Of a stretch of DNA of 64,000 nucleotides, positions 48,977 through 61,291 are shown piece after piece (positions within the stretch are counted from its first letter, which is position 1; every line of letters begins with the position of its first letter). Under the pieces are notes generated by a model that was not told the origin of the DNA, searched no databases, and worked only from the letters and a program-made list of their open reading frames with translations. Both the position numbers and the translations under genes were made by a program. This DNA comes from Podarcis gaigeae. Taxonomy: Eukaryota. The stretch lies in assembly GCA_964106915.2 (NCBI GenBank), contig OZ066918.1; one strand, written 5' to 3'.

Positions 48977-49140
48977 NNNNNNNNNNNNNNNNNNNNNNNN
49001 NNNNNNNNNNNNNNNNNNNNNNNNNNNNNNNNNNNNNNNNNNNNNNNNNNNNNNNNNNNNNNNNNNNNNNNNNNNNNNNNNNNNNNNNNNNNNNNNNNNN
49101 NNNNNNNNNNNNNNNNNNNNNNNNNNNNNNNNNNNNNNNN
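48977..49140. other. N block, 164 nt (probable masked ultraconserved element)
   Basis: Run of N in intron 4; the downstream flank is rich in CpG and TAAT motifs. Confidence 0.65.
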
Positions 49141-50864
49141 GTCACATTAACTTCAACCGCATGGAAAAGATCAGGCGGAGCAAACGGGGATCCTGCCCAA
49201 TCGGAACACTGAAATTAATGAGAAGAACATTGTTCTGTGATCAACCTTTTAATTAGCAAGACGGGAGACAGAGGGAGTGATGACGCCGGCAGCACAGCTG
49301 CGCAGTGACAGGCATGCCTCCTGCAAAGGGGAAGGGAAAAGCACACGCTTTAAATTATCCTGCTCTCTGCTTCTTGCCCACCAGCAGCATAGCTTTGTTT
49401 TGAACCCTTTTCTCAGAGCTGTGCAAACAATGCCTGCGTTTATTAGAATACTCTAAGCCACTCACTCCCCAGCATTCGTGTCTGCGACCACTCCTGTCGT
49501 GGGGAAAATGTGATTTTGAAAGTTTTAGTATATTTCACATTTGAACCAGAGAGGGGTCATTATTCGGTAGCAGCCTGGGCCATGTGCCCCTCTTGCTTTT
49601 CGGCAGCTGCCTCATAATAAGTCTTTCCCGTTCAAAGGACTGACACACCGTTTGTTTGTGTCAAATGGGGTTGGCGATGAATTGTGGCACTATCCTGCTG
49701 TCTGAGTTGCTGTGCCTTTCCTCACTATGGCTGTGCTAAAGGGTGTCATAGAAATGTAGGCTGTGGGTGAAAAGTTCAGCCTTGCAAAGTGTGCAGAAGA
49801 TGCGTTGAGGATTGAAGTTTAATAACTTCCTGTCCAGGTCCTCTTTTTGAGTGAGGTTTGAAGGAAGCAGAGAAGGCAAAGAACAATACTGAGAGGATGG
49901 CGTTGCGGAAGAGGGGAAAAGCACAGAAACGTTTAATACTCTTTTAAGAAATCAAACAACCAGCATTTTAACCAACATCTATAATTAAGCATTAAAGTGG
50001 TCCTCTTGTTGTCTCTTGTGTGCGCATGCACACACACAGAGCATTTATCCTTCCCACACACACATAGTGTTGCTTTTCTGTATCTGCTAAATTTGCACGT
50101 TCTCTTTCTGTATTGGCACAACAGCAGTACTTGGTGATTTTTCAAGCAACTGTGCTAATTGTGGACAATGAACTGAAACTTTATGCAACACTGTAAATGT
50201 GTGGTTGCCTCCTCTGGTTTGCACGCAACTTCTGTTTGATTTGTTGAGCATTGTGCGCTACCTGGAAGTACTGAGATAAAAGCAAAACAGGACTCTTCCT
50301 TCACAAAGTCCTTAAATGCCAACCAGTTGTGTACTCAATTGGCCTAGTCTTAACTGCTCAAATGAAGCATTTGTCCTTGATGCAGGAGACCATTACTAAA
50401 TACTGTCTAAGAAACTGACTGTCTTCAAAAGGTTAAAGGTATTAAGAATGCAAAGGTATTCCTAAAGTTGGAGACTTACAACAAACAAAGACTAGATTAT
50501 TTTTCAAATTGAAGAGTTCTCCATAAAGGAAGTTTTCTAATACAGCATTTTTAAAGTTATTTTTGGTAAAACTAAAATAACAACCTATTTATCACTGTAT
50601 TCTTTAGAAAGCAGCTTACCTGTGGGCTGTGACTAAATGAGAATTTTCGGTTCTCAAATAACTTTATTTTGAGGAAGCTATAGGCAAGGAGAATAAATGT
50701 CTGTTTGAACGCATTCACTCTTGACACATTGGTGTTGCACTGAAATTCTGTAGTGAATGTTATAAAACATGATTGGTGATACTGTTTATCCTGGGACTAC
50801 TTATAGAAAAATTCATGGGGAAACCACTCTTTAACATAAATAGAACTTGAAGCATACATTCTTT

Positions 50865-51712
50865 TTTTTTTTAGGAATATTTATTAAAGTTTTACAAAGA
50901 CATAAGTACAAAAATACATGAAAAAATAAAAATACAACATACAAAAGACAAAACAAAAACAAAAAAAGAAAAAAATAGGAAAAAATTAAAAATGAATCCG
51001 TTTTTTATAACTTTAAACTCATTTGCTTGTTTCCTTGGCCTCCTCTCACCTCCCCTTTTTGTAATCCCATTTACATAATCAAATCAGCAAATCCTTGCCC
51101 TCTTTCATTTATCTTAACTCTATATCTTAACATATTATAACTCTATATTTCCATCCATTATCAATTCATTTTGGCATATTCTTAATAACTTTGTTGCTAA
51201 TGCCACTTATTTTCAATCCAACATCATTTTAACATTCATTAATTTTACAGTGTTTCTGCAAATAGTCTTTAAATTTCTTCCAGTCTTCTTCCACCAACTC
51301 TTCTCCCAGGTCTCGGATTCTGCCAGTCATTTCCGCCAATTCCATATAGTCCATCACCTTCATCTGCCACTCTTCCAGGCTGGGTAGATCTTGTGTCTTC
51401 CAATACTTTGCAATAAGTATTCTTGCTGCTGTTGTTGCATACATGAAAAAAGCTCTATCCTTCTTTGGCACCAATTGGCCGACTATGCCCAGGAGGAAGG
51501 CCTCTGGTTTCTTCAGGAAGGTATATTTAAATACCTTTTTCATTTCATTATAGATCATCTCCCAGAAAGCCTTAATCTTTGGGCACGTCCACCAAAGGTG
51601 AAATAATGTACCTTCATTTTCTTTACATTTCCAACATTTATTGTCGGGCAAATGATATATTTTTGCAAGCTTGACTGGTGTCATGTACCACCTGTATATC
51701 ATTTTCATAATA
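50865..51712 (-). mobile_element. 5'-truncated L1 LINE (ORF2 C-terminus, 3' UTR, poly-A)
   Basis: ORF 51229-51708 has the CCHC knuckle CWKC-x8-HLWWTC. AATAAA and poly-A on the minus strand. Perfect 18-bp TSD TTGAAGCATACATTCTTT (50847-64, 51713-30). Confidence 0.95.
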
Positions 51713-52267
51713 TTGAAGCATACATTCTTTCCCCGCTCATATTTGGGCTTTTTACTTCTCTTTTATCATTTGGCCCAGTTTGGTGCTTGAAAGCATTGCT
51801 CTTTGAGACTCAGCATGGCATCCCATGTTTGGGACTGTGAAGAATCTCTGAAAGAATTACTGTTCTTTTCAAATGCAAGTAATTTATTTTTGTTAGTGGG
51901 TATGTTGAGGCTGATGGATGCATTATGCAGCTTTCTGATCACCCATGGTTATTTCCATGCCAATTCTGTTTGGCTGATCCCTTCCCTACCCTTAGCTTGA
52001 AATGGAGAAGGAAATAATTGCTGTAGCTTTGAATTAAACAGCAGAAGACTATCAGTGTAAAATATTTAATGCAAGGTATTAACATTTCCCCCTGTTTTGT
52101 ATCAATCTAGAAAATGTTATTTTGTTAGTTTCTAAAACACTTTTGTGAGAAAGTAATTCTAGTTTACATAGTCAGGTCAGAAAATACAAGGCTTCAGTTT
52201 AGGTGAAACCCCCCCCCCCCCCAACTGCCCTGTATAATAACCTATAATTTAAAAAATTGGTTGCTAT

Positions 52268-52649
52268 GGCTGTGTTTGCATATAATCATATGCCAGTGAC
52301 TCTGCTTATTGTGGTTTATTATGCAGTGTGGTAGTGCATGCTGTCCAATCACTCCCAATTTGTTCCTCTCCTGGTGCAAGTGAGATAAACAAACCAGTAC
52401 ACCTTGTGTTTTCATTAAGTCTGAACCAGAGATTGTAGCTTGTTGCTCCCTAACAAGCCAGGATCCATAAGGCAACAACAAACCATAGCTGAAGGTTGGC
52501 TAACAACCATTACTTGTTAGGGAGCAGCAAACCACCATCCCTGTTTCCAGCATAATGGGAAACGGGGAAACAAACCAGGAAGCCATTTGCTTTACAGCAT
52601 TCCACAATCAGCCCAAAACTCCAGCTTAATGCTACGTGTGAAGGCAGCC
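52268..52649. mobile_element. Degenerate PIF/Harbinger-like palindromic element
   Basis: Ends GGCTGTGTTTGCA / GTGTGAAGGCAGCC; internal inverted arms ttgttgctccctaacaag / cttgttagggagcagcaa. Confidence 0.55.
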
Positions 52650-54519
52650 ACAAAAAGTGGCCACTAATCTGAACTAAACTGCATAGTAGATGCCAACATG
52701 TAATGAGCTGTTTATCTGAAGCAATTTCACTAGCATAACATTCAACAAAAAATTAGCTAAACGGTGCATTTGTGCTGATATGATATAACTAGGCGTCTCT
52801 CATACGTTCGGTCAATTATCTCACCTCACAGGTGCAGCCAGAGAGCGGCTATGAATCTGCTTCACAGCTTTGACAAATGAGCTCATTGTTTTTTGTTCTT
52901 TTCTTAATTTTGGTTCATCTGTGATTCAAGTTTATCCTGGATTTTTAATTTTTCACGAGGTTGCCAAGATTTAAAGTCAGCCATATGAGTGCTGCGGTGG
53001 CAGATCTGCTTTTTCGTACAATTTGGGACCTCAAGACAGTTAACAACCATCAAATGTATGTTAGTCTATACTAAAATGTTAAGAACACATGGTTCATGAA
53101 TAAAGCAGCAAGAGAAAGAAACTTCCTTTATTTAAAAGTCCAACTTTGAAGATCATCTCCCCCCTCCCCATGTCACATCATCATGAACTAGTATTGTAGG
53201 GGCTGTGCGTCAGGGCTGCTTCACAACAGGCAATCTTGATAGCTTCCACATATAAGCACAACAGGGTGAGTTTAGCAGTTTCATTTCTTAATTTCTTGCT
53301 TTTGTAGGTTTGAATCAGCCCCATAGTATGTTAATAAAGAGGAAGGAAGGAGTTCAATTTATACTGGTCATTAAGGATCCCTTGGTGCTTATCGCAAGAG
53401 TGAGGTTATTAACCCTGATGTTCTTCTGGCCAAATTCAACTCGTGATGATTACATTCTGCGACCTAAATTACTTTTGTAGTTTTCACTAGAGAGATTGAC
53501 TTTCGTGGTTTCTCCTGGAGAGAGTGACTTCTGCTTTTAAAAATGCTCTCTAACAAAGTGATTACACGTTCTGCCCCAGAAGTGGCGGCACCTCAGTTGA
53601 AGTGGCATTGTTCTTGGCACTGCCAAGTCCTCAGCTTAGGTGCCTTTTTGAGGAATTCTGAGCCCTCTGTTTAATAAACAAATGACGACACTATGTATTG
53701 CTGAAGGTCATCTAAAATTTTCATTATAATACTAGAAAACAAATGTGCACTTAATTCAGTGCCACTCATTTAATATTTTACTTCACTGATCAAAATTTAA
53801 CTCTACATATTTTATCAATCTCTCTTTCTGAAAGAGAGAGCACCAGTAGAATTTAAAATATAATAATAATGCAGAGGAAAGTATCAAAAAGTAAAAGTCT
53901 TGCTTTAAAAGCATAGCATTCAAAATATGACAGAAACTGGCTATGCTGAACCTTAAACAAAAAGTGGTCAAGTGCAGGAAAGATTACCCAGCTGCCTTTT
54001 GCTACCTTGAAAAAAAAATTATTTCTAAACAGACAGTTCCATTTTTAGCCTACTTGAATAATTATTTTAAAGTATTTTATTATTGTAATTGGTACTTAAG
54101 GGAACTGATATGTTTTCCTGTTGTTGTCTCGAAAAGTCAGTCTGGGTGGCTATATCATCATCATTACTATTGCCATTAGTAGTAGTAGTAGTATTCACAT
54201 TTATATACTCTCCTTCTGTAGTTCTCAGGGTGGGTCACATGATACATTGCAGTTTCAGTTGTAGGTAATTGCTGCGATCATTAGTATAGGCTTTTTGTTA
54301 TACATAATTTCTTGCACTGTGTGGTGACCACTGCCCTTGATCTAGTTGATTTTTATATGGAAGTCATTATACCAAGAGCCAAACTCGATTAAACACCATT
54401 CATACCATTAGCAATTGCATGAGTGGCTTTTAAAAGGTTAATAGCAGGCATAGAGAAAGGGTGATCCAGACTGAAACTCTAGAAAGGGTTTGCTCATTAC
54501 TGCAGTCCCAATCCAGATT

Positions 54520-54649
54520 GGGTCGGTGCATTAACCAGAAGGTTGGTAGCTTGAGCCCACCCAAGGATGGCTGTGGGCAAGATTTCTGCATTGCTGGGGG
54601 TTGGACTAATTGACCCTCAAGTTCCCTTCCACCTTTATGATTCTATGAC
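54520..54649 (+). mobile_element. tRNA-derived SINE fragment with CR1-type 3' tail
   Basis: Degenerate B box (ggtagcttgagccc) followed by ggggttggactaattgaccctcaagttcccttccacctttatgattctatga. Confidence 0.65.
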
Positions 54650-56539
54650 TTTTGCACTTCAGGGGAGGGGGGACTTTTATTGTCGCGAATAAAATGGAGG
54701 GGGAAAAATATATATTGGGACTACAGAAGATGGTAGATTATTAAACTACACATCCCTACAAGGACCCCTTTCCAGATCCACCAACTATTTTATTTTTAAA
54801 AAAGACACGTTCCCAATTGCTAATTGTGCGAACAATGTCTTACTGGTTTGCCTAAAATGCAAGAATCTGCAATTTGTACCTAGAGAAGTCTCCATCTAAG
54901 ACACTTTCCTTTCAAAAAACTGTGAGCTTGACTTTCTTTGTTCTTGACTTCACTTACTCAACGTGAGTATTGCTGTGAAATGTCAAAACTGCAAGTTGCA
55001 GATAGTTTCAAAACATTTTCTGATTAGATAAAGTAACATTGTACTATTACACCACTTATTTCATGACTGTGAACATTGCATGTGCCATGCAAACTCTAAA
55101 CGATATTACAAATATTAACAAGACTATCCTACAATGCAACACATCCTATTATATCAAGATATAGGAAGTTTGAAAGGTAAATATAAATATTTTGAAATTT
55201 TCAAAATAAATAACATGAGCTGTGTGAGCATTTATACCTGGGGTGAGAAACCTGTAGCCCCCAGTCAGCATGGTGACTACTTCCAGTGAAATATTGTGTA
55301 ACTCCTTTAGTTGTCAATAAAACTGAAATAATTCATTGCTATATAACTTCTCATTGTTTTATCAATTTCATATAGTACCATACAGCCTACCTTTAATGAA
55401 AGAACATCTAGGGCGTTGTCTTCAATTACTCTTGTCTCCACTTACTCAAATATTTTCCTGTATACCCAAAGCAACGTAGCCTCTCATGTCTGCCTTCATT
55501 ATTTCTGGAAATGGCAGTCCAGTGTCTCGGCTAATTCTATGAGAATAGATTTGCCTTTGGAAATTTAAATATTCTTGTGTATAGTTACTTCTTGTTGACC
55601 TAGGATCTTCCCATCACAGGGTAAAATAAAGCCCCCTTTGTCATTGCCAGCATCTTTGAAACTTAGTTAATGACTAAAATATTTCACTGTTAATTCTCCT
55701 GACCTCAGGATTCCTGTTGATTCCTCTGATTGCCTGTGTGCTTGGACTGAGCTCTCCTGTACAACATTAATTTAGAAGATATAAAAATGAAAAATATCTC
55801 AATTAGCAGTGACACCACAAAAAAGTTAGACTGTTAATTGAGTGAAGCTTGTAATTCCTTAGCAGAGCTGACTAGTAAACCCTCCTTGTAATGCTTTGAT
55901 AGTAGGTAATAAAAATGTTGTTTAATTAATGCCAGTGTGAGTTCTTTTTGAAGCTTTGGGTTTTACAAAACTGAGTAAATCAAAGAACTGAACCAGAATG
56001 CTTCTCTGTGCTGTTAATTTAAGACTGTCACTTCCATTTGAAGTCATGATTTATATTCTTCAGTATTGATTACTTGGGATGCATCTGAATGCTGTGTTCA
56101 GAAAAAAAAAGCAATTAAACCTCACAGTAAGTTAATGCATCCTAGCCTGTGATCTGGTTTTCTAAATTGTCTTGTATCTCAGGCAGAGTGTAGGGACTGG
56201 TTCACAAGGAACATTTGTAGAAAACCATACGGTAAAAAGGACCATATATGTTTAAAAGAAATGAATTGTGCTTTGTACCCTCCTCTAATACATGAAACTG
56301 TGTATGTTTCTAAATAGGAGAAGGGAAAGAGGTCGATCTGTAAGCCCATCCAGCTCGGTATACCATTAAAGTATACTAATAATGGTACTCCCAATTCCTG
56401 TTGAACCCTTAGGGCTCCTACAATGTAAAGTTTTTGGATACCCTTGGCAAGGGGTCAGGTAACCTGTGGTTGGACGAAGAATGGGCTGTAAAAAATCTTC
56501 AATGAATTTGTCTTGACCTTTCCATTTAAAAAATGTTTT

Positions 56540-57075
56540 TGTATTTATTATTTTATTTCATGAAATCTATACACCGCTTGATTGCGAAAAGCCTCAAAGC
56601 AGTTTGTAGAGAGCAAAATACCATATTTTTCGCTCTATAAGACACACCAGACCATAAAACGCACCTAGTTTTTGGAGGAGGAAAACAAGAAAAAAAATAT
56701 TCTGAATCCCAGAAGTCACAACAGCAAGAGGGATCTCTTGCTGTTCTGGCTTCTGGGATAGCTGCACAGCCTGCATTCTCTCCATAAGACGCACACACAT
56801 TTCCCCTTACTTTTTAGGAGGGAAAAAGCGAGTCTTATAGAGCAAAAAATACGGTAATCAGTAAACACTGAAACAACTCTTTAAAAAAAATTAAATCAGC
56901 AATGAACTAAGAACAGATTAAAACATTATGCATATCAACATTCTACATCTCTGAGTGGGCTCACCTAAACAAACATGTTTTTAACAGGCATCAAGAATAG
57001 TACAATGAAGGTGTCTGCCTGATGTCAACAGCCAGGGAATTGTTCCAAAGTGTAGGCACCGCCACACTCAGAGAT
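56540..57075 (-). mobile_element. L2-like LINE 3' fragment (host of the MITE at 56621-56854)
   Basis: TTTA-type tail and acaccgcttgattg...aaagcagttt before the MITE; tgaaggtgtctgcctgatgtcaa...ttccaaagtgtaggcaccgccacac after it. Confidence 0.6.
56621..56854. mobile_element. Tc1/mariner-superfamily MITE with internal hairpin
   Basis: TIR CCATATTTTTCGCTCTATAAGAC / GTCTTATAGAGCAAAAAATACGG with TA TSD (56619-20, 56855-56). Confidence 0.9.
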
Positions 57076-58556
57076 TGATTTCTTGGAAATGCAGAACCAG
57101 TTGCTTGGTTGCTGGCAGTAAATTCCAAACATCCATGGCGGGTATATTAAAAAATATCCCTTTTTTGTTTCATATATTTTACAAAACAAAACAAAAAAAC
57201 GCTACACAATTGGGTACACCAGCCTCCATGTATGCATTTTGTTCATGCAAAGAATGATTTCTACAACGAGGGATTGAAACAAGCTGGGTGGGTGGCAAGA
57301 GCATAGTGGCTTCTATTGACTTCTGCATTGGCTTCATCTACCTGCTCTATGGACAAATGTGTACAGAGGCCTGCAATTTCATCTTCACATTCCATGTACT
57401 TGCCACTAAAACTCTCCTTTAAAGCAAACCAATAGAGGGTGAGATCTGCAGGGCAAGATGGTGTGGAATCATCTGAAGGGACAGGATGTTGCTTTTAGTT
57501 TAGTACCAAGTGCTGTGGAAGAAAGTTTTCATTGTCTCCACCCAGCACAATGTCTCCTGGAAGGCTTGGTTTTAGCTGCTGTTTTCAGTCACTTGTCTTC
57601 CTTCCTAGCAAGTCCTGAGAGGGGTGGAAAAAAGAAAAATGTAATTGTGGTTATCCTAACACAACCTATTGTACTTATCGCTTTCTCTCTGTCTCCAGAT
57701 GGCAGAAATATTAATCATTAACTTCAAAAACTCAGCAAAGTTTGGAAATCCCCTGGTGGTTAAATATCGAACTTGCTGTGATAAGTAAGGTAACTTTACT
57801 AAAGTGCTGCCTCTCTAGGGCACTTCTCTGAACTCCAGGAATTTGTTAGCTGGTTTCATATTGGTATTGATTTTAAGGCAGCTGTCAGAATGTAGTGTGT
57901 CTATCAGGAAGAATCATGGAACTTCAGCAATGAAAAACACACGGTATGCCATTTGCTTTTAGAGTTCAGGTCTTAGTTGCTCAACAGTCTAGAAGATTGG
58001 CTGGCTTAGTTTAAATAATGTGTTCCAGTATAACCTTATACAGGTTGCCATTTTGAGTTAAGGAGCTTGGAGCTATTAGTATTGGTTCTGTACATGACAA
58101 ATGCCCGTGCTTCAACTTGACTAAGGAGTGGGAAAATACTTTATTATACGGTGCCATCAGTGAACATAACACTCTACAGAGATAAAGCACTGGAGAGGTC
58201 CCTGCTCTGATGATTTTACAGTCAAGGATTACACATGAGGGAAATGTGGAGAAAGCAATGATAGGGAAAGAAGAGAATGGTCACATATCAAGATGGTGAG
58301 GAAAGCTGTACATAAGTAATAACAGGAAGGAGTTGGGGCAGGAAGAGTAACAGCTGAAGAAAGACTTTGCAAAAAAAGCAACACAAACATTTAAAAGGCC
58401 CCATTGTTTGGGAATGTTAGAAGAAGAATGCTAACATTGCTTGATATATCTTTTTTAGGGTACCAGCTTTTGTTGGTTTAAAAAATGTGCAAGCATTCAA
58501 ATATACAGAAATCTTCATTGCCAAATAACTAATCTTTGACAATTATTTCTATACAT

Positions 58557-58560
<4 letters not shown>

Positions 58561-58589
<29 letters not shown>
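58561..58589. repeat. (AC)n microsatellite
   Basis: About 14 AC units. Confidence 0.95.
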
Positions 58590-58590
<1 letters not shown>

Positions 58591-61066
58591 TTCTAGACAG
58601 GTTATTTTTGAACTTTTATACCTGTAGATACTTTAGGTAGACAACTGCCTATTTAACTGTACTGAAGGTATAATGGAAGTATTTGTTTGCTTTGTCTCAG
58701 GCTAGAGAGACAAATTATATTATAATTACAATTATAATAATTTTATTAATAATACTCTGAGGTATAGAATTTCTGATGTTCAAAAGCTTGAATAACTTTT
58801 TGATATCACCTATTCTTTTTTTACCTTTCCCCCTATGAATCTGCATAGCAGTAGCTCTTTTGCAATACTATCTTGGAAATCCTCGGATAATTCCTTTTAT
58901 TCTGAACTATCAATAGCCTATTTCAGTTGCCTTTTGTGTGGCATTGATGCTTTTCCAAGCCTGGCCTTTCTGAAGTACCCTATCTTTGGAACGACAAGGC
59001 AACAAGATTTGATCGTTAGGCTTCTGGCTTTTGTTATATCACCACCAGCAGTACCCTGCATTTACTTACCTGAACTTCAACAGAACTAGTGGGAATAACC
59101 TCTTCATGTGGCAACAAAAAATAAAATAAAAGCAAATTAAAAATAAAAATAGAAGTGTAACATTTCACGAGCAGCTGTAAATTGTAATTTTTTTGGTATA
59201 TATAGTTCTCTGTTAAAGAAATTGGTAGAAGGAACACTAAAACTTTTCTAGAATAACAATTTTGTGGGTATTAAAAATTTTAATCAATGAACTTCCTTTT
59301 TAACATTTAATTTCAGTTCACATTAAAATTGTAACTGCTCTTTAACTTCAAAAAGGCTGAACCGTTTGGAAGTTAATCAAATGCACAAAACTTCTGTTTT
59401 CTGCCTTTATAACTGACAGAGTAAAGCCAGAAATGATGATTAGAGAGTAGTTTGATCAAGGACGGAAATTATGATATATCAAAGTAATGGTTTTAATGTA
59501 TTTTTCAGAAGGCTAGATGATCTAGTGGGTAACCAGCTAGCTGGTTGTGTCCTTGCAAAACATTGTCAAGATGTCCTTGATCGAGAATGGACAACAAACT
59601 TCGCATGCATAATTGTTATAACTGGTGTTTTAATTTTAGCATCTTTTGTATCTGGCAACTTATGTACATGTAAAAGCTGCTTCAGACTCAAATGTTTTTG
59701 TTAGCATCTTTTGGACAGGTAATATATTTGTACTAGGAGGCATGAGTGAAGATTGTAGTTTTCCCCCCAATACCAGTTCTTTTCTTTGTCCTACAAACCC
59801 GGCTGACACTCTTAAGGGTGCATAGCACTGTTCCAGGGTGTCTTAGTTGTGTTTGGGCTTGCTCTTCTGGTTTGTAGTAGATTAAAAGGGGATATGTCCT
59901 TCACTGCTGAGAAAGGTGCAAAATCTGAAGGCTGACTGACATGATCAGTTTTGTCTCCTTGCCCTTCTCCTCAAAGATCCGCCTGTGTTGCATCCCCATG
60001 GAGGATGTCCTATGGCTGCTACTTTGCAGAAGCGAGGTTCTGCTTCTACAGTAATAGGAATTGTCCTGAGAGAGGAAGAGATGGTGTCCATGGGGGCAGG
60101 GAATCTGGAGGCAGGATTGCATAGAGGTAATTTGACCATGTGAACCAACTTTGTAAACATCTAGGGCCTTACACCTCTAAGTCAAGTGTTCAGTTCTTTG
60201 TTGCCTCATTTCAGGCAGGTCACCTGAGTGTGTTCAAAAAGCCTTTCACTAAAAGCTTTATCTGTTTTTAAAGCATCATAGTTTCCAGATTTTAATCTCG
60301 TCATTTAAACTACCTAGGCTTCTCATGCCACGACCTGATGGTTCTCTTTTATCACCAGAAGCTGAACCCATTTTAGATCAACCTCTGTAGATAAACTTGA
60401 AGTTTAAAAGTTGGGAAAACCTCTCTCTCTTTCTTTCCCAACCTCACGGAAATTTTATTTCAGTGATTTCACCAGCATTTAAAATCCAAATGGAAGACCT
60501 ATATCAGAGGGAAGTTATACAGTAAGAGTCACCAGATTCCAGACAATTAAACTTTATTAGTCTGTCTGAAGCATAAAGTAGTACCTCTTAAAAGAATAGT
60601 TTTTCATCTCCTCTCCCTGTTGCTGTTTACTGTTTAGCAGTGTGGGAGAGGCACGGCTCTTTTCTTTCAGGAATGCATTTTCCTTAGTCACTGGAGAAAT
60701 TCTCTAGTATTCTTGGACTACATGTAGCCCACTGCAGGGTGCAACAAAAATTAGTCCCTAAATGTGGTGACTCAAAAGTCACGTGTTCCTCTTAAGCCAG
60801 TGATTAAGTACATGTGGCTCCAGAAACATTTTAAGTAGCTCATAGGTGTTTGCTAAAACTGCAAGAATTCTGACTTATTTCATAAAAAATAAGTGTTTCT
60901 TATCCTCCTGTATTTCCAGATAGAACTTTGATTCTGTTGTTGTAAAGGTTTAGAAGAAACAGGGCAAATAAACTTAAAATGCACTATTTAACTCTCAGCT
61001 TTCTTTACATACATAATGGAAGCAGGTGTTCTGATTTCACATATTCCTATCTACAGATTTAAGGTA

Positions 61067-61291
61067 CAGTGGTACCTCGGGTTACATACACTTCAGGTTA
61101 CAGACTCGGCTAACCCAGAAATAGTACCTCAGGTTAAGAACTTTGCTTCAGGATGAGAACAGAAATCGTGCTCGGGCGACGCAGGAGCAGCAGGAGGCCC
61201 CATTAGCTAAAGTGGTTTTCAGGTTAAGAACAGTTTCAGGTTAAAAATGGACCTCCAGAACGAATTAAGTACTTAACCTGAGGTACCACTA
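61067..61291 (+). mobile_element. Tc1/pogo (Tigger-like) MITE, same family and orientation as 2879
   Basis: TIR CAGTGGTACCTC...GAGGTACCACT(A) with TA at 61065-66 and 61292-93. Confidence 0.9.

Noticed and set aside
47256-49140. N blocks as hidden BTRC exons 5 and 6
   Set aside because: None of the later F-box or WD40 exons appear in the following 15 kb. The 164-nt block looks too short for the next exon as I recall it, and the flanks lack typical pyrimidine tracts. The clearly coding exons 2-4 were left unmasked. Not formally excluded.
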